64,000 bases of DNA from Octopus sinensis. Taxonomy: Eukaryota. Where the stretch lies: positions 73,346,001-73,410,000 of the forward strand of contig NC_043006.1 of the NCBI RefSeq assembly GCF_006345805.1, in the 5' to 3' direction. Both the position numbers and the translations under genes were made by a program. This document shows positions 37,470 through 51,080 of the stretch, piece after piece (the first letter of the stretch is position 1; every line of letters begins with the position of its first letter). Under the pieces are notes generated by a model. It made no database searches. It saw nothing but the letters and a program-made list of their open reading frames with translations, and was not told the origin of the DNA.

Positions 37470-38530
37470 TACTGCTAGCCTTCCATAAACAATCTTGCCC
37501 TGACTTGTGCCTTGAAGGGTAACTTTCTAGGTGCAATCCCATGGTCATTTATGACCGAAGGGGGTCTCCTATATGAAAATAAGTTAAATGTACTGCACGA
37601 AATATCAACTGAATAAGAACAATGAATAATTTTAGAGCTCGAAAAGATGAATGGTAGATTTCGGCAGGATTTGAACAAGGAACGCTACCAAATGACTTCT
37701 TCAATTTCCACTCCTATAAGCAATATAAACACATGACAAACGTTCTTGTTTCTCTACTCAATTACATTTCCCCCTCTGTAGATATTTAACTTGTTTGTAT
37801 GTTTACATCAATCTTATCATTCTATGAAAGCTTGCAAAGGTTATTGACACAGTGTTTCCTGATTTAACTTATGATATATAATTAAAATATCAAATAATAG
37901 CAACAAAACTCTGGGAAAAACACTTCGTTTTCAAACCTTTTCAATTTTCTCCATGGCTATATTAAATTCCATTCGTCACTAATGATTTTTGAAAAAAATT
38001 ATAAACCCGGACTATAGTGACAATATATATAAGCATTACAATGGAAAATGGATCGTGCAATATATATTCTGTCGTGAAAGCGAACTTCGAGAAATAGTAA
38101 AATAATGACCCGAAAATATTCTTTTCTATTCTAGGTAGGCACAAGACCCAAAATTTTTGGGAGCGGGGGCCAGTCGATTAGATCGATCCCAGTAAGCAAC
38201 TGGTATTTAATTTGTCGACCCAGAAAAGATGAACGGCAAAGTCGATCTCAGCGGAATTTGAACTCAACGTAACGGCAGACAAAATACCAATTTCTTTATT
38301 GCCCACCGGGGGCCAAACATAGATATGGACAGTACAACTGATGGGATCAGTGAATCGATATGATTTTACATAAATGTGACATCAAAAATAAAATACAATA
38401 CATAAAAATCGAATGGAATACACAGTACAAAAACATACAAATGAAGCGATGATCAAGTTACGCTCCGATCCCACAAGCCCCGATCTACCGCTGATACCTT
38501 TTTATTTTTCCTTTTTTTTTTTTTCCTCGT

Positions 38531-41500
38531 CTATTCACACGGTTCCTTGCACGCACAACACTCGTGCAACATACTTCCATCTCTTTTGGAACGTACACTC
38601 TGACAGACACCTCTTCTCCAGCCACATTTCCTTTTCAAATGAAAAGAAAAAAAGGATCGTAAATTGTCACCAGAGATAAAGTTGCCTGTCTTAATTCCTT
38701 TTATCCTAGTATTCCATACAGCCTCTTTTGCTATTGCTACAACCGTGAGAAAACAATTCTTACCTTCGTTCGTTAGAACTCCCGGTGGGTCAATTTTTAT
38801 AATTGACTCAGTCGACAGCCGTACTCTTCCTTCGCCGGACAACAGATGTTCAGCATAAGCCCACATTTCAGTTATCTCCGGACACTGAACAATAGCGTGA
38901 GGGACGGTTTCCCTGTCCCCACCGCATCTTGGACAGGTCGGCGACTGACGTTTACCATGTCTTGCGAGCTTATCCCAAACGGGCAAGGCACCTCTGTAGC
39001 ATTGCCAGGTTAAGGACTTTTGGAAGTTGTCCAACGTTCTCAACCCGAATGTACGATGAACAAGCTGTCCAGTTGAATAAATCCGAGACCTAGAGTCGAC
39101 CCCAGGCCATCGTCGCATTCAGACTCTACCAACCCACTATATAAAATCCGTGTGGAACCCCCACCGCTGGCGTTGCCCGAGCGCCGGAACAGCAAGAGGG
39201 CCTTACGGCACTCTTTATGCCACTCACTCGACCTCGGTCTACGAGAACACCAGGCTTCCTGTTCGCAAAAACTCTTGAACTCAGGGAACATTTGTCTGGC
39301 CAGCGGAGACCACACCCGTTCACTATCCAGGAGAATCCAGAGGTGCCTCAACCTCAACGCATGTCTGCGCATCATTAACCAAGGCATCCCTAAACCTCCA
39401 TTTAAAGGCTTTTGACAGCAGACAGAGCGTTTCACAAGTGGCGACCTGCCCTTCCACAAAAAGCGAAAGAGCTGTCTCTCCAACCTGATCAACCACGAAT
39501 CCGGACAGGGCACGACAGTCAGGCGGTAGGTAATGACCGATGCGATATACACATTGGCCACTTCCGCCCTCCCTTTCAGGGATAGCCACCGCCAAGACCA
39601 AGTCTTGACTACTGCAGCCACCCTGCTCAATACCTCCGTCCAGTTCTTCTCTATCTGGAGGCCTGGTCCAAACCAGACTCCCAGCAACTTAACCGGTCCC
39701 TCCGTCCAGCGCCTAACAACACTGTCTGAAGGCATCGACTTGCCAACCCAGGTGCCGAGCTGCAAGCCGACCGACTTTTCCCGGTTAATCTTTGCTCCTG
39801 CTACCTCCTCGTAAGCCTCAATAGTCTTACCTACTTCACGTAGGCGTACCACTGTGGTTACACTGATAGTGATATCATCCGCGAAAGCCGTAACAAACTC
39901 CTCTAGTCCTGGTTCTCTCGGGATGCCACTCAACCTTTGCAGTAATGGCTCGAGAGCCATCACATACAAAAGTGGTGAAAGCGGACATCCTTGACGAACC
40001 GAGCGTCTGATGCAGAACGGCTTCGAAAGGAAACCGTTCACCCGAACTATCGAGTCAATGTTGTGGTACAAAGCGATAAACCACCTGAGGAAGCCAAGGC
40101 CCAGGCCAACCGCGCAAGTACAGTCGCTAGGTATCGATGGTCAACCCTATCAAAAGCTTTAGACTGGTCCAAATGCACCAATGCCCCACCTTTGCCAGAT
40201 TTATTACCAAACCTCTCTATGGTATAGCGAATAAGATGGAGGGTATCCTGAATGGTTCTGCCTGGGATGGCACATGTCTGTGCCTCCCCGACTATACCAT
40301 TCGCGACACGCGCCAACCTTTTTGCTAGAACCTTGGCCAAAATCTTCACTTCTGCGTTTAACAGAGTGATGGGCCTGAAATTCTCTAGAACGTCCCCCTT
40401 GTCCGGGTCCTTTCTGACCAACGTCACTACTCCCCGGCGCACAGATCTGGGGATAAACCCATTCTGTTTCCAGTTCGCGTACACGTCAGTCAGTAGTTGC
40501 CCGAACAAGTCTGGCATACATTTATACAGCTCGTACGGAAGACCATCAAGTCCCGGTGACTTACCCGCTTTACAATCGGCCAAAGCCTCCATCACCTCCT
40601 CAAGTGTGATTGGCCCTTCGCAAGACTCCGCATCCGACCCCGAGAGGCACGGCAGCCCGGTAAGAAAGTCCTCGAGGGCTCTCCCACCACCAGGACCGCC
40701 GTCACCCCCCCACAGCTGGGCGAAGTACTCCCGAAAGACCTCACACATTTTCTCGGGTTCGTTTATCAAGACACCATTTTGATTCGTCAAAGACCGAATA
40801 GAGGAACTATTTCCTTGCCGAGCTTCCACCACTCGGGCCCATCCAGCGGCTTTGATTCCTTCACTTCCCATTGCACGTAACTTAGCTCTGGTAATACTTC
40901 CCATGTGGTGGGCTTCAAGATGCTGGTTTAACTCCAGTCTTTTCACCCTCGCTTGGTCTGTATTACCAGTCCTCCAGGCTTCTTCTAGTTCCTTAACTAG
41001 ACCATCTCCTATTTTACGTCCCTTCTTAGCTAAACTTATGCTAAACCTAATAGACTCATATTTGATGGCTCTTTTTAGGGCGTACCACCATTTGTTATTA
41101 ATGATGGTACCTGTTAATGCCCTCTGTATTAACATCTTGATCCGCTTTCTGTACTCCTCAATCGCCAAAAGGGACGTATTGAGTTTCCAGTAGCCAGATC
41201 CCTGTCTATGCAACTTATCTACCGTCAGTTTACAGGTAACCATCTTGTGGTCACTGTAGCTGACTAGAAAAACTGTGGACACTCAACTATGGACTTATCT
41301 TTTTCTCTAATTAAAATCCTATCTAGATATGTTCTGGTAGACCCGTCACTATTTGACCACGTCCACTGTGGAGTGTTCGGGTGCTCCAACCTATATGGAT
41401 CTGCTAGCTGAAATTGACTTAGCAGATCCCGAAAGCCTGTGTTACATTTTCTGTTCATGTTCGAGTTTGAGCCAACACAATCTGTGTGTGCTGCACATAT

Positions 41501-41931
41501 TGTATTAGAGTCTCCTAACACTACTAGTGAATGCGACGTGGCTAGGAACTTTCCTAGGCCACGAAAATATTCAGTTTGCGGGCCAATAATGTTTGGTGCA
41601 TAAATAGCGACCAGCCTGATTGTCTTGCCACAACTGAATGTCAAGTCGAGAACGACCAGCCTGCCTTCTGGGTCAGAAAAAACCAACTTTTTCTCGGCTA
41701 CCCGGTTTCTTTTTAGTAGGACCAACACCCCACCCCCACCTCCCGCCCGACTCGGAGAAACGTATTTCTCGTAGCCGTTCAGGAGGGGGAGCAGATCTCT
41801 TGGCCCCTTCACCCGGGTTTCCGTTGCAAAATTACATCCAAATTTCTCGACCTGATGTCATTCAGAAAGCGTCCTTGCTTCCAGCTTGACAACAGGCCAT
41901 GAACATTTAAACAACCAATGTGAATAGCCAT
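38531..41931 (-). pseudogene. LINE ORF2 (APE endonuclease - reverse transcriptase - zinc finger), four frameshifts
   Basis: Starts MAIHIGCLNVHG at 41931, 11 nt after the ORF1 stop; LVAIYAPN, LGDSN, LDRILI, SDHK, WKLN, KSPGLDG, FRPITLLN, LDQSKAFDRV, RQGCPLSPLL, FADD, LLGVWF, CPRC..ETVPHAIVQC; frameshifts near 41830, 41270, 40060 and 39060. Confidence 0.92.
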
Positions 41932-41942
41932 CACTTACCTGT

Positions 41943-43499
41943 TTAATTAGGATTGTCCGGTGGAGGGGGACCCTCCACCTTTTTTTTATCCAGGGTCGGA
42001 GGTGGACGGTCTTGGGAAATAGATTTGTCAAAATCCCGTCTCACCACCGACACAGAATTATCAGGTGGAGGGGGAATCTCCACCTTTTCCTTTTCTCGCG
42101 GGATCGGAGCTGGTAATCCATGAAATATCGACTTGTTAAAATCTAATCTCAATGAAGATACAGTCTTTCTGTACTTATTTTGTAGAATTCTATAAGTCTT
42201 ATTTGAGACTTCATATATGTCGTAATTGATAAATTCCTCTGAAAGGTTATCAATTTTTTTTACAGTCTTTATGAGTTGAATGTCTCTCATGAGCTCAGTA
42301 TCTTTAGTGTATACGGCTATTATGCCTTTTTCTTCTTTTTCTCTTCTGGCAGTCTTTTTTGGTCGTTGTTCTGTAGTAGTCGCCGCTCTCGGCTGGGTTG
42401 CTGGTTGTATTTTTCTTTTGTTTGTTGTTTTTTTCTCATCTGTTTCTTCTTTATCTTCTTCCTCTTTGTCTTTTTTCTCCTCTTCCTCCTCTTCTTCATT
42501 TTCCTTGCAGTTCCTTCGAATGTGGCCTAATTGACCACATAAAAAACATCGAGGTTTTCGGCCCTCAACAAACACCACGAGGTTCTCCTCCCCTACCTCA
42601 ATTGTCTCAGGAATTGTTTGAATTATTTTAGGGTCCGCTTGAATGAGAAGATTAATTGTTTTACCATCCCAGCGTGGGTTTTCCGTAGCGGTAGCCTGGA
42701 GGAGAGTAATTTTTTCTACCTCTTTGATTAGGACTGCCGCCAACAACCACATAGGTTCGACCTCTGGCGGGACCCTTGTAATTTTTATTCGCGACGTCCT
42801 CATCCCCATATAATAGGGTATTAACTCCACGTCGTTCGTTTTCAACGTTCCCACTGAGTTCTTGTGTGCTATTTCTTTATTGGTGAACCTTACTTCCACC
42901 GTTCCGAATTTTTTTCCTCTTCTCAGAAATACTACGTCGCCCAATATTGGCTTTAAGCACTTTTCTATTTTCTCTTCTGACATTCTTTCAATTTTTCTAT
43001 TTTGTAGACAATATGTTTTGAAAATTATTGTTTTTTGCTTTTCTTCCTGTAATAACTTTTGCGGAGGTTCAATTTTCACACTGTTGTCATTTATTTCCAT
43101 CATTTTGCTGTATTTCATAATTTCGCTTTTATTCGTCGACAGTATCTGGGTTCCACCCCCAGCAGCCAACGCAAAACTTTTTTTTCCATTTTTTGGTTCT
43201 ATCTGGATGCTAGGCACATCAATTATTCTCTTCGACACAATGCCTTTGTTCTCTGGCAAAGTCGGAAACTCTTCTGGTGAAAGTTCTGACGAGCTCTCAG
43301 ACACATCTCCAAAAATATCAAATATATTATCCTCTCTGCTATTCCTTCTTGTAGCGGGGGAAACCCCTATTTGCTTGTCTGTAGTTGGCTCCTCGCCGGA
43401 CATGTATTTCCTCCTCTCAACAGGAGAAACAAGTATTTCTGCTCCAACGGTAGGCTCCATGCTAGACGACATTCTTCCCCCCAATGGGGGAATGAACAA
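41943..43499 (-). CDS. LINE ORF1 protein (gag-like, zinc knuckle)
   Basis: Uninterrupted 518-codon ORF; CFLCGQLGHIRRNC; acidic/basic linker; probable ATG at MSSSMEPT. Confidence 0.88.
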   Translation of the reverse strand: MFIPPLGGRMSSSMEPTVGAEILVSPVERRKYMSGEEPTTDKQIGVSPATRRNSREDNIFDIFGDVSESSSELSPEEFPTLPENKGIVSKRIIDVPSIQIEPKNGKKSFALAAGGGTQILSTNKSEIMKYSKMMEINDNSVKIEPPQKLLQEEKQKTIIFKTYCLQNRKIERMSEEKIEKCLKPILGDVVFLRRGKKFGTVEVRFTNKEIAHKNSVGTLKTNDVELIPYYMGMRTSRIKITRVPPEVEPMWLLAAVLIKEVEKITLLQATATENPRWDGKTINLLIQADPKIIQTIPETIEVGEENLVVFVEGRKPRCFLCGQLGHIRRNCKENEEEEEEEKKDKEEEDKEETDEKKTTNKRKIQPATQPRAATTTEQRPKKTARREKEEKGIIAVYTKDTELMRDIQLIKTVKKIDNLSEEFINYDIYEVSNKTYRILQNKYRKTVSSLRLDFNKSIFHGLPAPIPREKEKVEIPPPPDNSVSVVRRDFDKSISQDRPPPTLDKKKVEGPPPPDNPN

Positions 43500-44347
43500 C
43501 GCGTGCTACCACAAGCACTAAGTGTTTTCAATTGAAAACTCCAACAGTTAAGTTATTCAACAGTTTAACAAGAAACAACAGTTGTTAACAATATTAACAC
43601 CACGAAACAGCAATTCTTACTTCACGAACACATGTGCGGTAGACGAAATACCGCTCAGCATTTCGCTCGGCGTGCTAACGATTCTGCCAGCTCACCGCCT
43701 TAAGGATTTGAAAATATTAATTCAGCTTTGAATTAAATGCTGTAAAAAGAAAAACTGTTAGAAAGAAAAAGGAAAAAGCGCAAGAATTAAATTTCCTTCA
43801 ACTTACATGAAACAATTTAAACAAAAAATTGCAGATGTTTTATTAGATGTTGTTGACATTTGAGAAAAGATTATAGCTCACAATAAAAACAAAAAAATCA
43901 TGCTAACAGCTAATAAATGAAAACTGTCTGTGGGAAGGAAACTAACTTATTTGCATTAATTCGTTGTATCCAGTTGAATTAACTTTGGCAATCGGAAAAG
44001 CAACTTGAGAATGTCATCTTTATATATATATGTATTATAAGAACAGGGATTTCAAATCTTATTTTCACGATATAACTTCCTGTCGCTGTATCTTTTCATT
44101 TATCGTTTGATATAATTAATAACTTATCATACAACACGCTCAACTTTCTAAGAAAGTCATCAGAAAACCTACATTTATTTTCATTAATGTCTTGTTCTAT
44201 TAATATAAGTCTATCCTCTACTGTCAGTCAAATTATGTTTGATTTAATGATTTAGCAATACGTTTTCTCATACTGTCATTAACTCTCTCATGTACTTTTC
44301 TGTTGATGAGGTTACAAGACTTTATTTGTGAAGACAACCGTTTCAAT

Positions 44348-44757
44348 GGATCTTTTCGGTTTGAATGGCAGTTTTTTTTCTAGCGGTATCATATGAAATT
44401 GTCACCCATAATTATGACCTTAGTATCGATCTATTGCATTTCAATCTATTTTAGGGTTAGGGGTGGGGGAAGGGTATCTTTTTTTATTCACAGATGTAAA
44501 TAAACCCAATCTGTTTCTTAAACGAGGGACATATTCATACGGCACAGAATGCTTTTTAACTCAATAGACGTCACTGATTGGTTCAAATTGCAGAAAATGA
44601 AGAAAAAACAACAACAAATATCTTACAAACTATAGAATTTTCTCAATAAAGCCAAGAGAAAAAGATGTTTTATAAACACATTCTACCAGTATACGAAGTT
44701 TAAAATTTTTTAGTTACCTAGAAATTATGTTAACTGCCGTTCAAACCGAAAAGATCC
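44348..44757 (+). mobile_element. ~410-bp MITE, TIR GGATCTTTTCGGTTTGAACGGCAG, internal TTAGGG repeats (copy 1)
   Basis: 24-bp TIRs; no TSD match for this copy. Confidence 0.9.
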
Positions 44758-45423
44758 GGCTGTTGCGTTGATCGAATCAACTGGAACTTACGCCGCCGTA
44801 ACCGACGAAGTGCCAGTTTATCGTTTACTTGTTTCAATCATTGGACTGCGGCCATGCTGGGGCACCGCTTTGAAAGGCTTTAGTCGAAAAATACCAACGC
44901 TAGTATTGTTTTCTTATATTTTCATATACTTGTCTTGTCTCGTGATATAACACTGCCTTCTATCCCGTTCTACCATCGCCAAATCTTCCATTCGTAAATT
45001 TTAATTTAAATATAAAAAAAACAGTAAATCTTTTAAGAAGGATTTATAAAGCTTGTTTTTATTGATCTGACCAAACCTGTAAATTTTTCTCAAGTTAATG
45101 AAGATAAAAGAAAAAGAGAAATCATCACCGTTGAAAAGTCTTTGATAAACGTCTGAAAACTACCAGATGTATCGGGTATTAAAATATTCTTGTTCACAAT
45201 AAACACATTATATTTTATTCTCTCTTCTACGTTTATATTCAGTTTTAGTAATTTGATGTTGAATAAATTTTCGTGTCTGTTGTTATATTTTCTAAATGAA
45301 ATCTTTTAACGTTTATTTATCTCTTAAAGAATAACTTGGATAATTGAAAACATCCTTGCCTCACTAATGCCGCAGTCATTTAAGACTGACTATGTTCTTC
45401 TCAAAGAAAATACTTCTCTAGAG

Positions 45424-46101
45424 CAGATGTCTCAACCATTTTTTATCTATCTTTTTTATCTATCTATTTTTTTTTATCTATCTTTTGATTATTATTTTAT
45501 TCCGGTGGACCCCATAGCCATTCAATGTTTAAAAACAAGATTTATAGAAACTTATTTCAAAATTCTATTTTGTTTTTCACACATTAACTTGTGTTGGTTG
45601 AACACAGACTGGGCGTTGTGAGTGTTTATTGAGCGAAAACACCTAAAGCTCCACGAGGCTCCGGCAGGGATGGTGGTGATCCCTGCTGTACTCTTTCACC
45701 ACAACTTTCTCTCACTCTTACTTCCTGTTTCTGTTGTACCTGTATTTCAAGGGGCCGGCCTTGTCACTCTCTGTGTCACGCTGAATATCCCCGAGAACTA
45801 CGTTAAGGGTACACGTGTCTGTGGAGTGCTCAGCCACTTACACGTTAATTTCACGAGCAGGCTGTTCCGATGATCGGATCAACCGGAACACTCGTCGTCG
45901 TAACCGATGGAGTGCTTCCACAGGTTGAACTATATAAAATGTTATAGAAAGAAATCTTGCTGTTTCTTGAAATACACCAATGCATACATCTAAAACAAAA
46001 TTTTTTCAGGGACCCTTAAAATACTATTATGGGTCCCCAATTTACTATTTTGTTGCATGGACCCAGCAAAATCTTATATGGACCCTGGTTGAGAACCACT
46101 G
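45424..46101. mobile_element. hAT-Charlie-type MITE containing an OR-like SINE
   Basis: Ends cagatgtctcaacc / ggttgagaaccactg; flanks ctctagag / ctctagaa fit the nTCTAGAn Charlie target. Confidence 0.8.
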
Positions 46102-46383
46102 CTCTAGAAGAAAGATCAGGGCAAGGTTTTCTTAATAGGAGAGCATCAGTTACCCATGCAGAACAACCTCGCTCTTTATAGCAACGGTGGATTCAATTTG
46201 TAGCCAGAGTAATTTCAAGTAAATACAGGACGGAAAGAGCCGGAACAAATATCTAATAACATTTTGTCCAGCGCACAAATAATTCCGCTAATCCGTCGCT
46301 ATGGACTGGCGCAATATTTTTATCGATCCCTGAAAATATGTATGGCAAAATTAATCTCGGTGGAATTAAGATTAAAAGCGTAA

Positions 46384-46788
46384 AGTAGTAGTAGTAGTAG
46401 TATTGGGGCATGTGGTGTAAGAGCGCGTCGCTGCATCCACCATTTGTTGGTGATTCTCCATTATTCCTGTCAGACGACGCCCCTGCACCACTCAGGTGGT
46501 AACCCTCCAACTCCAACTGATGGGTCTCTGTTTGGATTATCGTTATTGATGTGGGTTTTACGAGGCCGGAGTACAAGTCCTATTTGAAATTCTTTTGGTC
46601 GCCCTTTATGAGATGCAGAGGAAACGTTGGGTCTATTCTTTGACATGCAGTTCACCACACAGCAGCAGAACAACATGAAATGAAGTGTTTTGCTCAAGAA
46701 CATAACACGCCGCCCGGCCCGGAAATCGAACTCCGATCTGACGATGGTGAGGGCTACACCCTAATCATTAGGCCACGCACTTTCACCA
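46384..46788 (-). mobile_element. tRNA-derived CORE-like SINE with (TAC)n tail
   Basis: Sense gtgaaagtgcgtggcctaatgattaggg...gagttcgatttcc...gttcttgagcaaaacactt; ends actactact. Confidence 0.7.
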
Positions 46789-47150
46789 AACACACGTAAA
46801 AGCCGGAATAAATACTGTAAAACATTTTGTTGGAATCTCTAAAGATTTTGTCACCCTACTGCTATATTCTTGCCTGACACCATAGTTATTAAACAAATCT
46901 TTACTTCTCCATTTTTAGGAAAAGAAAAGGTTTCTCCAATTATAGGAATGGAAAATGTTCCTATTTTCCGTACATTTCAATGTTTGTGGCAAGACATCTT
47001 TAGGCGAGTCGTTTCCTAACTCATCCAATAGAATATATTCCCTAATATCATATATACCCATTCTCCCCAAGAGTATGTGATCCATAATTAAAATATACCT
47101 TACACTATTACGAATGTCAAGCCGAACCAAAGGAGAGAAGCCTCTATATA

Positions 47151-47577
47151 CTCTCTTTTACTCTTTTACTCTTTTACTTGTTTCAGTCATTTGACTGTGG
47201 CCATGCTGGAGCACCGCCTTTAGCCGAGGAAATCGACCCCAGGACTTATTCTTTGTAAGCTAGTACCTATTCTATTGGTCTCTTTTGCCGAACCACTAAG
47301 TTACGGGGACGTAAACACACCAGCATAGGTTGTCAAGCGATGTTGGGGGGACAAACACAGACACGTAAACATATACACACACACATACATAAATACATAT
47401 GTATACATATATACGACAGGCTTCTTTCAGTTTCCGTCTACCAAATCCACTGACAAGGCTTTGGTCGGCCCGAGGCTATAGTAGAAGACACTTGCCCAAT
47501 GTGCCACGCAGTGGGACTGAACCCGGAACCATGTGGTTCGTAAGCAAGCTACTTGCCACACAGCCATTCCTACGCCT
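47151..47577 (-). mobile_element. SINE family A full length (also 55288-55698 and 61031-61467, both minus)
   Basis: Head-to-tail match with 16903-17292. Confidence 0.9.
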
Positions 47578-48285
47578 ACATGATCCCTCAACTATTAGAA
47601 ATAGCAGCTAGATTTCTTGGATCACACTGTGACATCTTAAAAAAGCAGATTACACTATAACGCTTTGATTAAGTGGCCCGAGACATACGGAAAGGGTGGT
47701 TAAATTTGGTCTTATTTTTCATGTATCATTTAGCCATGAGTGAAAGGCAGCGCCCACGTTCCTTTACAAGACTTTTCAGACTGGTGGGAAAGGAGGAGGA
47801 AGGTATCCACGTGGTTGCGAAGCAAAATTCTTAACAATTCGGCTAGATTGCACTTTCGTTACTGTTATAACTCTGAAGAGGGAGCAGCAATGAAGTCACT
47901 CGACTTGCAACATAAATGGATCTCCGTCAGTTTTAACGATGAATATTTAGTTGTTCGAACAGCTGAACTATCTACTCGTTTAAAAGTTTATATGGCTGAG
48001 TGTTCTAAATACACGTGTAACCTTTGCGTAGCTCTCAGGTAGAATCAGCATAACCCAGCATATGGCTTGGTTTGGATCTTTGAATTAGAGCTACAATCCA
48101 TCCGATGAACTTCCAAATAGTTCCTATTTACCCAGTTCCACCGACAAGTCTGACACACGTACCCTTAACGTAGTTCTCATGGAGATTCAGCATGGCATAG
48201 AATGTGACAAGGCTGGCCTTTTGAATTACTGGTACTTTTGAATTCTTGCTGGCTGAGTGAAATGGAGTAACGTGAGATAAAGTTC

Positions 48286-48711
48286 GGATCTTTTCGGTTT
48301 GAGCGGCAGTTTTTTAAAATAATTTCCACGTAACTAAACACTTTTAAACTTCGTATACTGGTAGAATGTGTTTATAAAACATCTTTTTCTCTTGGCCTTA
48401 TTGAGAAAATTCTATAGTTTGTAAGATATTTGCTGTTTTTTTCTTCAATTTCTGCAATTTCAACCAATCAATGACGTCTATTGAAATAAAAAACATTTTG
48501 TGCCGTATGAATATGTCCCTCGTTTAAGAAACAAATTGGGTTTATTTACATTTGTGAAGAAAAAATATACCCTTCACCCACCCCTAACCCTAACCCTAAC
48601 TAACCCTAAAACAGATTGAAATGCAATAGATCGATACTAGGGTCATAATTATGGGTGACAATTTCAAATGACACCGCTAGAAAAAAACTGCCGTTCAAAC
48701 CGAAAAGATCC
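48286..48711 (-). mobile_element. TTAGGG-containing MITE copy 2
   Basis: TIRs plus 8-bp TSD taaagttc. Confidence 0.93.
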
Positions 48712-49565
48712 TAAAGTTCTTGCTCTAGGAAACAGTGCGCCGCCGGGAATCGAACTCATGAGTTTACGATAATGAATCGAATACCCTGGCCATTAAGCCG
48801 CACGCCTTCACGATGCCCGTATAAGGACATGGAGCATATACAACTTCGTACGTTTATTCACAGACAGACTCATACGAATTTGTAGATTAACATAAATTGT
48901 ATATTTACAGAAGAACACACCTACATATTTAGAGAAGACGTAGGCCGGTACACAGACGCATACATACACAAAGATGCGCCCACATAAGACAAATGAAGAT
49001 TGATTGAAATACTCGCAAACGCAGCCAATATATACAAACACAGACCAGTACACTTACACTTGTTCCTTCTTTACCTCCCCCTCTCCCTCCCCCTCTCTCT
49101 CACATACACAGAGTCTCTCTCTTTTTCTCACACACGCACACACATTTATACATAAAACCCACGCATTTTACATTTTTCATACAAGCACCTGCGCACGTCC
49201 ACACAGACACATTTACATACAGATTTTCTACACATACATACACACACACATGTCCAATGATGACATTTCAACCACACACACACACACACACACACACATA
49301 ATCACTCCAACGGGCAATCATATACAACCTCACACACATTTACACGCGTGCTGTTACATCCTGATGTCTGGCTATACCGGAAACGTCCTTATGACATTAC
49401 TTAATAAATAACTGAGTATTTAGAACTAACTGTTGTGTTACGGCTCTTCTGGATTTCTTTTCCCTTTTCTCACCAGGCCTTATTCTTTGTGAACCCCTCT
49501 CGAAGCTAGGAATTTATAAAGTACCACTTCAGATGTTTTGTATCGCTCTAATGTAAATTATATTA

Positions 49566-49996
49566 GGGTCTTTTCGGTTTGAACGGCAGTTTTTTCTAGC
49601 GGTGTCATATGAAATTGTCACCCATAATTATGACCCTTGTATCGATCTATTGCATTTCAATCTATTTTAGGGTTAGAGTTAGTTAGGGTTAGGGGTGGGG
49701 GGAAGGGTATCTTTTTTTTCTTCACAAATGTAAATAAACCTAATCTGTTTCTTAAACGAGGGACATATTCATACGGCACAGAATGCTTTTTACCTCAATA
49801 GACGTAAATGATTGGTTGAAATTGCAGAAATTGAAGAAAAACAACAACAACAAATATCTTACAAACTATAGAATTTTCTCAATAAAGCCAAGAGAAAAAG
49901 ATGTTTTATAAACACATTCTACCAGTATACGAAGTTTAACATTTTTTAGTTACCTAGAAATTATGTTAAAAACTGCCATTCAAACCGAAAAGATCC
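49566..49996 (+). mobile_element. TTAGGG-containing MITE copy 3
   Basis: TIRs plus 8-bp TSD ttatatta. Confidence 0.93.
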
Positions 49997-50387
49997 TTAT
50001 ATTATTTTCCTATTTTGAGTCACCACTATTATCATTATCTTTTTCTGCTAGAATGTTGATATGCTTATGTTATTGTACAAAAAAGTAGGCTGTGTTTTCA
50101 TATAGGAAAATATTCTGTTAAATGAAGTATAAGTTAATTATTTCTGCTTTAGGCACAAGGTCAATGATCTTGACGTGGTGGGTAAGCAGGTAACATTGCC
50201 GTCAGTAATTTACCGGTGCTTATTTTAATAACATTAAAGGAATGAAAAGTAAAGTTGACCTTGGTGGTATTTGAACTCAGAACGTAAAGAGCCAGAACAA
50301 AATGTTTCAAATCGTTCTGTCTGCTGCTTTAATGATTCTGCTACCCGCTTTCCTTCTAATTATTTTTAATATAGACACATCGAAAGT

Positions 50388-51080
50388 GGGTGAGCTGAAA
50401 AAATCGTTAGCACACCGCGCAGAAGTGCATAGCAGCATTTTGTCCGTCTTCAGGTCTTGCGTTCAAATTTCACCGAGGTCGACTTTGCTTTTCATCCTTT
50501 CGGGGTCGATTAAATAAGTACCAGTTACGCACTGGGATCGATATAATCGACTTAATCCGTTTGTCTGTCCTTGTTTGTCCTCTCTGTGTTTATCCCCTTC
50601 TGGGTAGTAAAGAAATAGGTACTTCGTCGTTTTTCCTTACGTAGTCAATAAAAGATGTAGAATGCAGTATTCAAGCTTCGTCGTAGACTAATATAGGGCG
50701 GCGAGCTGGCAGAAACGTTAGCATGCCGGGCGAAATGTTTGCCGTTACGTTCTGAGTTCAAATTCCGCCGAGGTCGACTTTGCCTTTCATCCTTTCGGGG
50801 TCGAGTACCAGTTACGCACTGGGATCGATATAATCGACTTAATCCGTTTGTCTGTCCTTGTTTGTCCTCTCTGTGTTTAGCCCCTTGTGGGTAGTAAAGA
50901 AATAGGTATTTCGTCTGCCGTTACGTTCTGAGTTCAAACTCCGCCGAGGTCGACTTTGCCTTTCATCCTTTCGGGGTCGATTAAATAAGTACCAGTTACG
51001 CACTGGGGTCGGTGTAATCGACTTAAACCCTTTGTTTGTCCCCTCTATGTTTAGCCCCCTGTGGGCAATAAAGAAATAAA
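50388..51080 (+). mobile_element. SINE family B cluster (monomer plus dimer); further copies at ~53400-54175
   Basis: Head ggcggcgagctggcagaaacg at 50697; junction aaagaaata|ggtatttc. Confidence 0.85.

Larger units (their letters stand above)
38325..43632 (-). mobile_element. Near-full-length Tx1/L1-group non-LTR retrotransposon (~5.3 kb)
   Basis: ORF1 with CCHC knuckle, then ORF2 with APE endonuclease, RT and C-terminal CCHC; flanked on both sides by parts of a family B SINE. Confidence 0.93.

Noticed and set aside
42862-43521. 219-aa plus-strand ORF and other ORFs overlapping the LINE
   Set aside because: Antisense shadows of ORF1 and ORF2
48583-48610. Interstitial telomere or chromosome fusion site
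   Set aside because: The TAACCC repeats are an internal part of the MITE present in all five copies
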